From contig CAVZQN010000006.1 in assembly GCA_963777505.1 (NCBI GenBank), positions 160,001-224,000 on the forward strand: 64,000 nt of DNA, read 5' to 3'. The position numbers were made by a program, and so were the translations under genes. The stretch comes from an uncultured bacterium. GTDB taxonomy: Bacteria > Acidobacteriota > HRBIN11 > JAKEFK01. The notes under the pieces were generated by a model. That model was not told where the DNA came from. It saw only the letters and a list, made by a program, of their open reading frames with translations, and did not search any database. Positions 49,956 through 58,585 of the stretch are shown piece after piece (the first letter of the stretch is position 1; every line of letters starts with the position of its first letter).

Positions 49956-51156
49956 TTTTATTAAACTTTTACCCGCTGTATTGTTGCTTCCTGATATTCC
50001 AAAAGTAATTCCTTTTCGTACACGGAAACGAGCACGCGAAGTCGGTATTCGAATCGGCAGAATGCAACCTGGAAAATGGAATGCAATTACAGATGTCCCT
50101 GGCTTAAAAGTCGGTCACACCACAATTATCCGGGGTTCAGGAAAGTTGCAGGTTGGCGTTGGGCCCGTGAGAACAGGAGTCACCGTTGTCATTCCTCATG
50201 AAAGAATTTCAGATGAATATGTTCCCGCGGGCTATCACAGTTTGAATGGAAATGGTGAAGTTACAGGCCTTCTGCAGATTGAATCGATGGGTGTAATCGG
50301 TTCACCAATCTGTTTTACAAACACATCCAGCGTAGGGATGGTGTATGACGCGTTGTTATCGAAACTTCCAACAAATGGGTTGATGCCGGTTGTTGGTGAA
50401 ACGTGGGATGCACATCTAAACGATATTGAAGGACGGCATGTTCATGCTTCCGATGTATATGCGGCAATGGAAACGGCAGCTTCAGGTCCCGTTGCTGAAG
50501 GGAGTGTTGGCGGCGGTACTGGAATGATTTCCTACGGCTTTAAAGGTGGGATTGGAACTTCGTCGCGGCGGCTTCCAGAAGACTTATCAAAATACACAGT
50601 CGGTGTGCTGGTCCAGGCAAATCACGGAGCACGTGAAGAATTCAGGATTGATGGTGTTCCCGTTGGCCAGGAGCTTTTGAAAATTGTACCCGAACCGGAT
50701 GGAGCATCGAGTCTGAGTTCAATCCTGATTGTGATAGCAACGGATGCCCCTTTGCTTGATTATCAGCTCAACCGTCTCGCGCGACGCGGTGCAATGGGGT
50801 TAGCACGCACAGGAACTGTTGCGCGAAACTCAAGTGGTGATTTTATTCTTGCCTTTTCAACAGCGAATCGGATTCCTTCCGAAAATTTCTGGAAAGGCAA
50901 AACATATTCTCTTCAATCCATTGAACAGTTTGATATTCAACCTGTCTTAGATGCCGTTGCCGAAGCAACAGATGAAGCAATTGTGAACGCATTGTTTGCA
51001 TCAGGTGACATGACGGGTAGAGATGATCACAAAGTTTTCGGGCTTCCGATCGATCGTGTTTTAAAAATTATGGAACGTCACAAACGTTTATTTAGTAACG
51101 AAGAAAACCGCAAAGTCGCAAGATTCTTTTTTAACGCCGAGAACGCCGAGACTTAA
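49936..51156 (+). CDS. DmpA/P1 (S58) family aminopeptidase with a twin-arginine signal
   Basis: GRRDFIK; NAITDVPG, TGVTV, NGNGEVTG, EGSVGGGTGM, SSILIVIATDAPL, NSSGDFILAFSTAN. Confidence 0.9.
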   Translation: MPLGRRDFIKLLPAVLLLPDIPKVIPFRTRKRAREVGIRIGRMQPGKWNAITDVPGLKVGHTTIIRGSGKLQVGVGPVRTGVTVVIPHERISDEYVPAGYHSLNGNGEVTGLLQIESMGVIGSPICFTNTSSVGMVYDALLSKLPTNGLMPVVGETWDAHLNDIEGRHVHASDVYAAMETAASGPVAEGSVGGGTGMISYGFKGGIGTSSRRLPEDLSKYTVGVLVQANHGAREEFRIDGVPVGQELLKIVPEPDGASSLSSILIVIATDAPLLDYQLNRLARRGAMGLARTGTVARNSSGDFILAFSTANRIPSENFWKGKTYSLQSIEQFDIQPVLDAVAEATDEAIVNALFASGDMTGRDDHKVFGLPIDRVLKIMERHKRLFSNEENRKVARFFFNAENAET

Positions 51157-51191
51157 AAGAAGAAAAAAAAATACTCGGCGTCCTCGGCGTT
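51133..51191. repeat. Inverted 9-mer repeat hairpin spanning the DmpA stop codon
   Basis: aacgccgagaacgccgag ... ctcggcgtcctcggcgtt. Confidence 0.7.
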
Positions 51192-51200
51192 GAAAAAAAT

Positions 51201-51800
51201 ATGTTTACCCTAGTTGAATTGCCGTTTTGTAAAGTGCTGATGGTTGAAGCATGGAACGCACCTGTTGGTCGATATTTTATTGCCTATAGAGCACTCGATA
51301 ATTTCAGTGCCGCCATTGGATTACCTGTAATCGATGAGTTTGGAACGTTCTCCTCGCCGATTTATTTTTGTCCAACTCCGCTGATCGGAAAAATCTACAA
51401 CGCAGGAATTACACTTGGACATAATCGAGATCCTGAAATGGGAATCGATTTAGGTTGGCCGCCTCTTGTGATCGGTAATGATGCGCAATTACCGGAGTTA
51501 CCAGAAAATTGGGAAAATGATTTATTGATAGCAGTAAAAAAAGCGGAGGTGCAGAGGGGCGGAGGAGCGGAGGAATATCAACTCAAAAAGTTGAAAGTTG
51601 AAAACACGGAAGTTTACGTCACGGATGCACCGTTGTTGCCAAAACAACTCAAAAGACTTGCGCAACAAAGCGATGCATCTTTTAGCATTGCATTGTCCAT
51701 CGGAAATCGCCTCATCAGTCAAAAAAATAGCGCTCCACTTAGCGTAGAAGTTGCATCGGAAGCCTCCCTGAGCCAAATTTTAGCCTTAGCAAAGCGCTAG
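51201..51800 (+). CDS. Degenerate DmpA-like protein
   Basis: Colinear remnants of DmpA motifs: GLPVIDEFGTFSSPIYF, VTDAPLLPKQLKRLA, IALSIGNR. Confidence 0.6.
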   Translation: MFTLVELPFCKVLMVEAWNAPVGRYFIAYRALDNFSAAIGLPVIDEFGTFSSPIYFCPTPLIGKIYNAGITLGHNRDPEMGIDLGWPPLVIGNDAQLPELPENWENDLLIAVKKAEVQRGGGAEEYQLKKLKVENTEVYVTDAPLLPKQLKRLAQQSDASFSIALSIGNRLISQKNSAPLSVEVASEASLSQILALAKR

Positions 51801-51861
51801 GCCGATGTTTCGCGTTGTTTCTGCGTTTTTCAATGATTTTCAGTGAATTACGCAAAAATCT

Positions 51862-51890
51862 TTGTGTACCCAGATTGTTAGCGTTATAAT
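51862..51890 (+). promoter_or_regulatory. Sigma-70-type promoter for the aminotransferase operon
   Basis: TTGTGT-N17-TATAAT. Confidence 0.5.
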
Positions 51891-51925
51891 TACGCTTTAC
51901 CCGCCAGGGAACGGATTTAATACCG

Positions 51926-53239
51926 ATGCGATATAAATATCCGGACAGTTTTGTCTTCTACCGCAAATTAAATAAAGAAATTCCGCGCGCAGTTTCCGCA
52001 TCAGGAGTCCGGATTGTTGATGAAGATGGCAAACAATATTTTGATGCATCCGGCGGCGCTGTTGTCGTAAACGTCGGACATGGTGTTTCTGAAATTGCAG
52101 ATTCGGTTGCTGAACAAATTCGTGAACTCGCCTATGTAAATGGAACGCAATTCACGAATCAGCCAGCGGAAAATCTGGCCGCAGAATTGGCCGAAATTCT
52201 TCCAGGTTCATTGAAGTATAGCTACTTTCTTGGAAGTGGATCTGAAGCAAATGAAGCTGCCATTAAGCTTGCGCGAAATTATTGGTATGAGAAAGGCAAA
52301 CAATCGAAGTGGAAAATTATTTCTCGCAATCCTTCCTATCATGGAAACACATTAGCAACGCTTTCGCTTTCGGGACGCGAACATTACCGCGCTGTATATG
52401 GTCCACTCTTAACGAATTTCCCACGCATCCCTGCACCTGATCCCTATCGGGATCCAAACTCAAAAGCTTCAACAGGGGAATTGCTGGAAGAGGAAATTCT
52501 GAAACAAGGAGCTGATTCGGTTTCAGGTTTTATTTTGGAACCGATCATAGGTTCATCAGCAGGTGCAGTCGTACCAACACAGGAGTATTACCGGAACGTT
52601 GCGAGGATTTGCGAAAAATATGATGTTTTGATCATTGCAGATGAAGTGATGTCAGGAATGGGACGTACCGGTAAATGGTTTTCATTCCAACATTATGATT
52701 TTATTCCGGACATTATGACTCTCGGAAAAGGGATTAATGGCGGGATCGTTCCGCTGAGCGCGGTCGTTGCGAAGAAGGAAATTGTCGATGTTCTTGCTTC
52801 CACAAGCGGGTATTTTAATCATGCACAAACCTACTCTCACACGCCTGTGATTTGTGCAGTGGGAGTTGCAACGGTCCGCTATCTGAAAAAGCATCGTTTG
52901 GTAGAACGTGTTGCGGAAATGGAAGGACTACTGTTTGAGAAACTAAATGAATTACGATCATTTCCGGTAGTCGGAGATGTACGCGGCAAAGGATTCATGG
53001 CAGCAGTTGAGTTTGTAAAAAACAAAGAAACAAAGGAACCTTTTCCGCGATCGGAAAAATTTGCGGAACGGTTTACTGAGCTTGCATTCAAGAATGGATT
53101 AATTTTGTGGCAAAACGTAGGTCATGTTGATGGAACCAACGGGGATCTGGTGATGGTCTCTCCACCTTTTTCGATTAACGCTGGAGAAATTTCTGAACTG
53201 GCAGCCACCTTCAAACATACTCTGGAGCAAATGTTATGA
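51926..53239 (+). CDS. Class III PLP aminotransferase (omega-amine type)
   Basis: SGSEANE, SYHGNT, IADEVMSGMGRTG, LGKG. Confidence 0.9.
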   Translation: MRYKYPDSFVFYRKLNKEIPRAVSASGVRIVDEDGKQYFDASGGAVVVNVGHGVSEIADSVAEQIRELAYVNGTQFTNQPAENLAAELAEILPGSLKYSYFLGSGSEANEAAIKLARNYWYEKGKQSKWKIISRNPSYHGNTLATLSLSGREHYRAVYGPLLTNFPRIPAPDPYRDPNSKASTGELLEEEILKQGADSVSGFILEPIIGSSAGAVVPTQEYYRNVARICEKYDVLIIADEVMSGMGRTGKWFSFQHYDFIPDIMTLGKGINGGIVPLSAVVAKKEIVDVLASTSGYFNHAQTYSHTPVICAVGVATVRYLKKHRLVERVAEMEGLLFEKLNELRSFPVVGDVRGKGFMAAVEFVKNKETKEPFPRSEKFAERFTELAFKNGLILWQNVGHVDGTNGDLVMVSPPFSINAGEISELAATFKHTLEQML

Positions 53240-54802
53240 CACAGCAAAAAGTGACTTATACAACAATCGGTTCTTCCGAGGAATTTCATACTGAATTTGA
53301 AAAAGCAGTAGAAAGGGTACGGCAAGACTTTGGAAAATTGTATCCAAATAAAATCGGCGGAGTAGAAACTGAAGACCGCAAGACAGTTCAAGTGAAATCG
53401 CCTATCGATCGCCGGATCGTGATGGGATCACATCAGCTCGGTACAAAAGAAGATGCAAACCGGGCCATTGAGATTGCTCATAAAGCGTTCAAACCGTGGC
53501 GTGATTTGGGCTGGGAAAGACGTGTTCAGATTCTGCGGAAAGCAGCCGATAAAATGGCTGAAAACAAATATTACCTTGCTGCATTCATGGCTTATGAAGC
53601 GGGCAAGAATCGTCTTGAATCGATGGGTGAGACTGAAGAGTCCGTGGACTTAATCCGCTACTACGCAAAAATTTTGGAAGAAAACCGCGGGTTTGTGAAA
53701 CCGATGGAGCGGTTAAGCGAAAAAGAAACCACAATGAGTGTGCTTGTCCCTTACGGTGTTTGGGGCGTAATTGCACCATTTAATTTTCCACTTGCTCTGT
53801 CTACCGGAATGGTTACCGGCGCACTTGTAACCGGCAACACTGTTGTGTTTAAGCCATCTCATGATGCGCCTCTGATCGGTCATTTTATGGTCCGAATGTT
53901 TCATGAAGGCGGAGTTCCCAGAAGACGTAATTCAGTATGTTGCTGGATCGGGTTCCGAAGTAGGCGCAACGATGGTGGAGAATCCACTTACACAAGGCAT
54001 GGTGTTTACTGGATCGTACGAAGTTGGGATGCACATCTACAAGAATTTTGCCAAGCAATATCCAAAGCCAGTCATCGCTGAAATGGGAGGTAAAAATCCT
54101 TGCATCGTCACAAGTTCTGCCGACATCGATGCTGCCGTTGATGGAATTTTGCGATCTGCATTTGGCTATGGCGGACAAAAGTGCAGCGCTTGCTCACGCG
54201 TATACGTGGAAGACAAAGTAAAAGATGAATTCGTTAAGAAATTTGTCGAAAAATCAAAAGACATTGTTGTTGGAAATCCTCTCAATCGCGAAGTCTTTCT
54301 TGGACCCGTTATTAATGAGAGCGCAGTGAAGAATTATGAAAACTACGTAAAGCGGATCAAAGAATCAGGCGCTCAAATTCTCCTGGGAGGAGATGTTATA
54401 AGCGAAGGCGAAATGGCAAATGGATATTTTGTTAAGCCAACGATCGCGTATTCGGAAAACAAGGAAAACGAGCTTTTCTATGAGGAAATGTTTTTGCCGA
54501 TCGTAATGATTACTGCAGTCAAAGATGTGAATGAAGGCGTGGAGCTTTCAAATAAGGCTTTGTATGGATTAACTGCGGGAATCTTTAGCCGCGACAAAAA
54601 AGAAATCGATACATTCTTAAACAACATCGAATCGGGTGTGACCTATGTGAACCGCCGCGGTGGAGCAACAACAGGCGCATGGCCTGGCGTCAATCCATTC
54701 GGAGGTTGGAAAGGATCTGGTTCTACAGGACCGAATGCGCTTGGGCCGTATTACATAATGAAGTTCTTGCGCGAACAATCACGCACGATCATTCAAGAAT
54801 AA
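53236..54802 (+). CDS. Aldehyde dehydrogenase (P5C-dehydrogenase-like, ~521 aa), frameshifted at CCC 53917-53919
   Basis: PFNFP, KPS, FTGS, EMGGKN, GQKCSACSR, EEMF, PFGG. Removing one C joins ORFs 53236-54081 and 53903-54802 (GGVPEDVIQY). Confidence 0.88.
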
Positions 54803-54814
54803 CGTTCTTGGTTA

Positions 54815-54850
54815 GTAGGGGCGACCCTTGTGGTCGCCCGACGTCCCTAC
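54815..54850. repeat. REP-like element (GTAG...CTAC, collapsed doublet)
   Basis: gtaggggcgacccttgtggtcgcccgacgtccctac. Confidence 0.65.
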
Positions 54851-54853
54851 GGA

Positions 54854-56206
54854 ATGACAAATATGAAAAATTATCCTCAGATAAAGGTTCCACCTCCAGG
54901 TCCAAAAGCAAAGGAAGTCATTGCAAAAGATGAAGCCTATACTTCGCCTTCCTACATCAAAGAATATCCACTTGTAGTTGAACGCGGCGAAGGCACGATG
55001 GTTGAAGATGTGGATGGCAATCGCTTTCTCGATTTTATGGCTGGTATTGCAGTCGTAACAACAGGACATTCTCATCCGAAGGTTGTAGAAGCAATCAAAC
55101 GCGCTGCGGATAAGTTTCTTCACATATGTCCGACAGATTTTTACTATCCGTCTTTTGCTGAATTGGCGAAAAAACTTGCAGAAATCGCGCCTGGGCCATC
55201 CAAGAAAAAAGTATTTTTGGGAAATTCCGGTGCAGAAGCAATTGAAGCCGCAATTAAATTAGCGCGATATCACACGCGTAGATCACAATTGATTTCTTTT
55301 TTCGGCGCATTTCATGGACGTACCATGGGTGCAGTCAGTCTTACAGCGAGCAAATGGAAACAGAAGGAACATTTCGCTCCGTTTTTGCCAGGCGTAACTC
55401 ACATTCCCTATGGATATTGTTACCGATGCCCTTACAACCTCACGTATCCATCATGCAATTTGTATTGCGTTGATGTAATTGAAACCGAATACTTCAGCAA
55501 AATGTTACCGCCTGATGATGTTGCCGCTATATTTGTGGAGCCCATTCAAGGTGAAGGCGGTTACATTGTTCCACCTCCTGATTATCACACCAGGCTAAAA
55601 GCATTATGCGAGAAGTACGGAATTTTGTATGTTGCTGATGAAGTTCAAAGCGGCATGGGTCGAACCGGACACTGGTTTGCGTCAGAAATTTTTAACGTTG
55701 AACCGGACATTGTTGCCGTTGCAAAAGGAATTGCATCAGGAATGCCCATTAGCGCAATGATTGCAAAAGCGGAAGTCATGACATGGCCATCTGGCTCGCA
55801 TGGTAGTACTTTCGGCGGAAATCCTGTGGCCTGTGAAGCTGCAATCGCAACGATTGAATTAATAGAAGAAAGCTTAATGGCGAATGCGACAGAAGTCGGG
55901 AATTACATCATGGCTCAAATGAAAAGCATGATGGATCGCCATCGATTGATTGGTGATGTTCGTGGTTTTGGATTAATGATCGGCATTGAATTCGTGCGAG
56001 ATCGACAAACAAAAGAAAAAGCATCAGAAGAAACGGAACAAATTGTCCAGCGCGCATTTCAAAAAGGTCTGCTGCTTTTGGGTTGTGGCGAAAATGTTAT
56101 CCGTCTTGCGCCTCCACTTGTTGTCGATAAAGAAGACGCGGATCTTGCGATAAATATTTTGGATGAAGTATTAACCGGCATCGAGAAGGAACGATATGGT
56201 TCATAA
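54854..56206 (+). CDS. Class III aminotransferase (GabT/4-aminobutyrate-like)
   Basis: NSGAEAIE, FHGRT, EPIQGEGG, ADEVQSGMGRTG, VAKG, STFGGNP. Confidence 0.9.
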   Translation: MTNMKNYPQIKVPPPGPKAKEVIAKDEAYTSPSYIKEYPLVVERGEGTMVEDVDGNRFLDFMAGIAVVTTGHSHPKVVEAIKRAADKFLHICPTDFYYPSFAELAKKLAEIAPGPSKKKVFLGNSGAEAIEAAIKLARYHTRRSQLISFFGAFHGRTMGAVSLTASKWKQKEHFAPFLPGVTHIPYGYCYRCPYNLTYPSCNLYCVDVIETEYFSKMLPPDDVAAIFVEPIQGEGGYIVPPPDYHTRLKALCEKYGILYVADEVQSGMGRTGHWFASEIFNVEPDIVAVAKGIASGMPISAMIAKAEVMTWPSGSHGSTFGGNPVACEAAIATIELIEESLMANATEVGNYIMAQMKSMMDRHRLIGDVRGFGLMIGIEFVRDRQTKEKASEETEQIVQRAFQKGLLLLGCGENVIRLAPPLVVDKEDADLAINILDEVLTGIEKERYGS

Positions 56207-57110
56207 ATTGATGTCGATGAATGAGGCGATCGATCGCTTTGTCAATGACGGCGACACGATCGTGATCGAAGGTGTTACTCATTTGATCTGTTTTGCCGCA
56301 GGTCATGAAATCATCCGGCAAAAGAAACGCAATCTAACTGTATGCCGCTTAACTCCGGATCTGATTTATGAGCAATTGATTGGTGCAGGATGCGTTCACA
56401 AACTTGTTTTTAGCTGGGCCGGACCGGGCAATCCAGGAGCCGGACCTCTTTACGCATTGCGGCGCGCTGTTGAAGAAGATATCCCACATTCAATTGAACT
56501 CGATGAGTATTCACACTTTGGAATGGTAGGACGGTTTACTGCCGGAGCAGCGAAACTTCCTTTTTATCCTTTGCGAAGTTATATGGGGAGCGATCTTCCT
56601 CAGGTCAATGACAATATTCGAAAAGTACAGTGTCCATACACAGGCGAAAGCCTTGCAACTGTTCCTGCCTTAAATCCCGAAGTGACAATCGTTCATGCAC
56701 AGCGTTCTGATTTAGAAGGCAATACTCAAATCTGGGGTTTGATGGGAGTTCAAAAAGAAGCATGTTTTGCTGCAAAAAATGTGATTGTTGTTGCAGAAGA
56801 AATTGTAAATGAGAACCTGATGCGTTCCGATCCGAATCGCACTGTAATCCCAGGATTGATTGTGAGCGCGGTTGTTCATGAACCCTGGGGCTGTCATCCT
56901 TCATTTGCGCAAGGCTACTATGATCGCGATAACGAATTCTATGTGAATTGGCGCAACATCAGCAAAGATGTCCGCAAGTTTAACGCGTACCTTGACGAGT
57001 GGGTTTTTGGTGTAAAGGATCGCAATGAGTATGCTTCAAAAATGGGTGATTCACTTCAGCGGTTGAAAACCAAGCCGATGTATTCTGAAGCCGTCTATTA
57101 CGGACAGTAG
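56196..57110 (+). CDS. Family I CoA-transferase alpha subunit (GctA/CatI-like)
   Basis: EGVTHLICFAAGHEIIRQ, RLTPDLIYEQLIGAG, HEPWGCHPS..GYYDRD. Confidence 0.85.
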   Translation: MVHKLMSMNEAIDRFVNDGDTIVIEGVTHLICFAAGHEIIRQKKRNLTVCRLTPDLIYEQLIGAGCVHKLVFSWAGPGNPGAGPLYALRRAVEEDIPHSIELDEYSHFGMVGRFTAGAAKLPFYPLRSYMGSDLPQVNDNIRKVQCPYTGESLATVPALNPEVTIVHAQRSDLEGNTQIWGLMGVQKEACFAAKNVIVVAEEIVNENLMRSDPNRTVIPGLIVSAVVHEPWGCHPSFAQGYYDRDNEFYVNWRNISKDVRKFNAYLDEWVFGVKDRNEYASKMGDSLQRLKTKPMYSEAVYYGQ

Positions 57111-57120
57111 TTTTTGCATT

Positions 57121-57148
57121 TTTGCCAAAATCTTAGCAATTTGGCAAA
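57121..57148. promoter_or_regulatory. Inverted repeat, candidate enhancer-binding-protein site upstream of the sigma-54 promoter
   Basis: TTTGCCAAA-N10-TTTGGCAAA, about 55-80 bp upstream of the -24 box. Confidence 0.4.
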
Positions 57149-57201
57149 GATTTTAGTCGGATCCTTTTCATTCTCACGACGATAAAACTTCGGATGCCAC
57201 A

Positions 57202-57217
57202 TGGCACATGGGTTGCT
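57202..57217 (+). promoter_or_regulatory. Sigma-54 (-24/-12) promoter
   Basis: TGGCAC-ATGGG-TTGCT matches the consensus TGGCAC-N5-TTGCW; SD GGAGGA and ATG 57247 follow. Confidence 0.75.
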
Positions 57218-57246
57218 ATATAAGTTGTGAATTTGGAGGAAACCCT

Positions 57247-57813
57247 ATGGTTCGGAACATAAGCAGTAATAGTTTTCAGCCAGCCAATGTGCAGGCAACA
57301 GAGAAAACAGAAGTGCAATCATCAGCGACTACGCAACCTCAAAATGCTGAGTTGAATACTACACCGGCTCCCGCGGCAAGCAGCGCGAACACATGGCAGC
57401 GTGCAGGCTTAATGCAAGATGGAACAATCAAACAGAGCTTTCTGAATCAGGAATTAGCCACTGATCAGAGTTACGCTCATAATCAAGAAGAAGCAAATAA
57501 AGCAAAGGAAGCAAGAGAAGAAAACGGCAATGGCTCATTGTTTGGAACTATTTTTGGTGGTCCGCTCATAGGAACCTTCATTGGGGATGCGATAGGCAGC
57601 AACACGGAAACAAAGAAAAATGATTTGCGGAAACAGATAGAGGCAATGCAAAAGGAAGTCGGAAAACTTGAAGAAGAGCTTGCAGAAATCCAAGACAATT
57701 CCTTTATCGAAACATTTGGTGACTGGCTTACTGGATCAGACGGAGGGGAGTCTGACATTGTTGCAGCAACAAAGGTCACACCAAAATACGATCCCGATGA
57801 TGATGATGATTAA
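57247..57813 (+). CDS. Unknown protein, tandem paralog 1 (disordered N-terminus, coiled coil, Gly-rich hydrophobic hairpin, acidic tail)
   Basis: Open frame with SD; conserved along its whole length with paralog 2. Confidence 0.8.
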   Translation: MVRNISSNSFQPANVQATEKTEVQSSATTQPQNAELNTTPAPAASSANTWQRAGLMQDGTIKQSFLNQELATDQSYAHNQEEANKAKEAREENGNGSLFGTIFGGPLIGTFIGDAIGSNTETKKNDLRKQIEAMQKEVGKLEEELAEIQDNSFIETFGDWLTGSDGGESDIVAATKVTPKYDPDDDDD

Positions 57814-57950
57814 GCTTGCGATTCGGGTGTAGTAGACTTAGCGCGTGAATAAATTTACTCGCCGAAACTTTATACGGCTTCATCAATAAATCTTCGGATA
57901 CAAAATGACATTAGGGTTGCTATATTAAGTTATGAGATCTGGAGGAGCGA

Positions 57951-58541
57951 ATGGTTCGGAAAATAAGCGGTAATAATTTTCAACCTGCCAATGTGCAGGC
58001 AACAGAGAAAGCGGAAGCCCAGTCGTCGGTGACTGCCCAACCTCAAAATGCGGAGGCGACTAATACAACGGCTCCGGTGGCAAGCAGTGTAAACAAATGG
58101 CAGCGAGCGAGCTTAAAACAAGATGGATCAATGAAGCAAAGTGTGATTCATGAAAAACTAACCGCTCAACAGAATTATGATCAGAAGAAGGAGCAAGTTG
58201 AGAAAAACAGAGAAGCCCGTGAGGATAGCAACACCGGCTCAATACTAGGAACGATTTTTGGCGGTCCGCTCGTCGGAACATTTATTGGCAACGCAACGGA
58301 CGAAAAATCAAGCCGCACAGAAATAAAGCAAAGTGATGTGCGGAAACTGACCGAAGCAATGCAAAATGAAGCCAAAAAACTTGAGAAAGATCTTGCAGAA
58401 GTATATGACAATGCTTTTATCGAAACAGTTGGTGGCTGGTTAACTGGATCAGACTCAGGGGTAGCTGACAGCACTAAACAGGCGGACCAGCGCCCACATA
58501 AGAAAATTGCAACAGAGCTTAAACCAAAATACGATCCCTGA
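57951..58541 (+). CDS. Unknown protein, tandem paralog 2 (true end probably TAA 58552-58554, giving ...YDPDDDD)
   Basis: Homologous to 57247-57813; an extra C in CCC 58536-58538 shifts the GAT repeat into TGA. Confidence 0.8.
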   Translation: MVRKISGNNFQPANVQATEKAEAQSSVTAQPQNAEATNTTAPVASSVNKWQRASLKQDGSMKQSVIHEKLTAQQNYDQKKEQVEKNREAREDSNTGSILGTIFGGPLVGTFIGNATDEKSSRTEIKQSDVRKLTEAMQNEAKKLEKDLAEVYDNAFIETVGGWLTGSDSGVADSTKQADQRPHKKIATELKPKYDP

Positions 58542-58585
58542 TGATGATGATTAAGCTTGTGCTACGGGTGTAGTAGACTTAGCGC

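Noticed and set aside
53236-54802. Two separate ALDH genes or a programmed frameshift
   Set aside because: One extra C in a CCC run explains the split; I saw no slippery heptamer, and similar indels occur elsewhere in the window.
58539-58550. Run of four TGA codons as selenocysteine or recoding signal
   Set aside because: It is the GAT (Asp) repeat of paralog 1 read out of frame after a one-base insertion.
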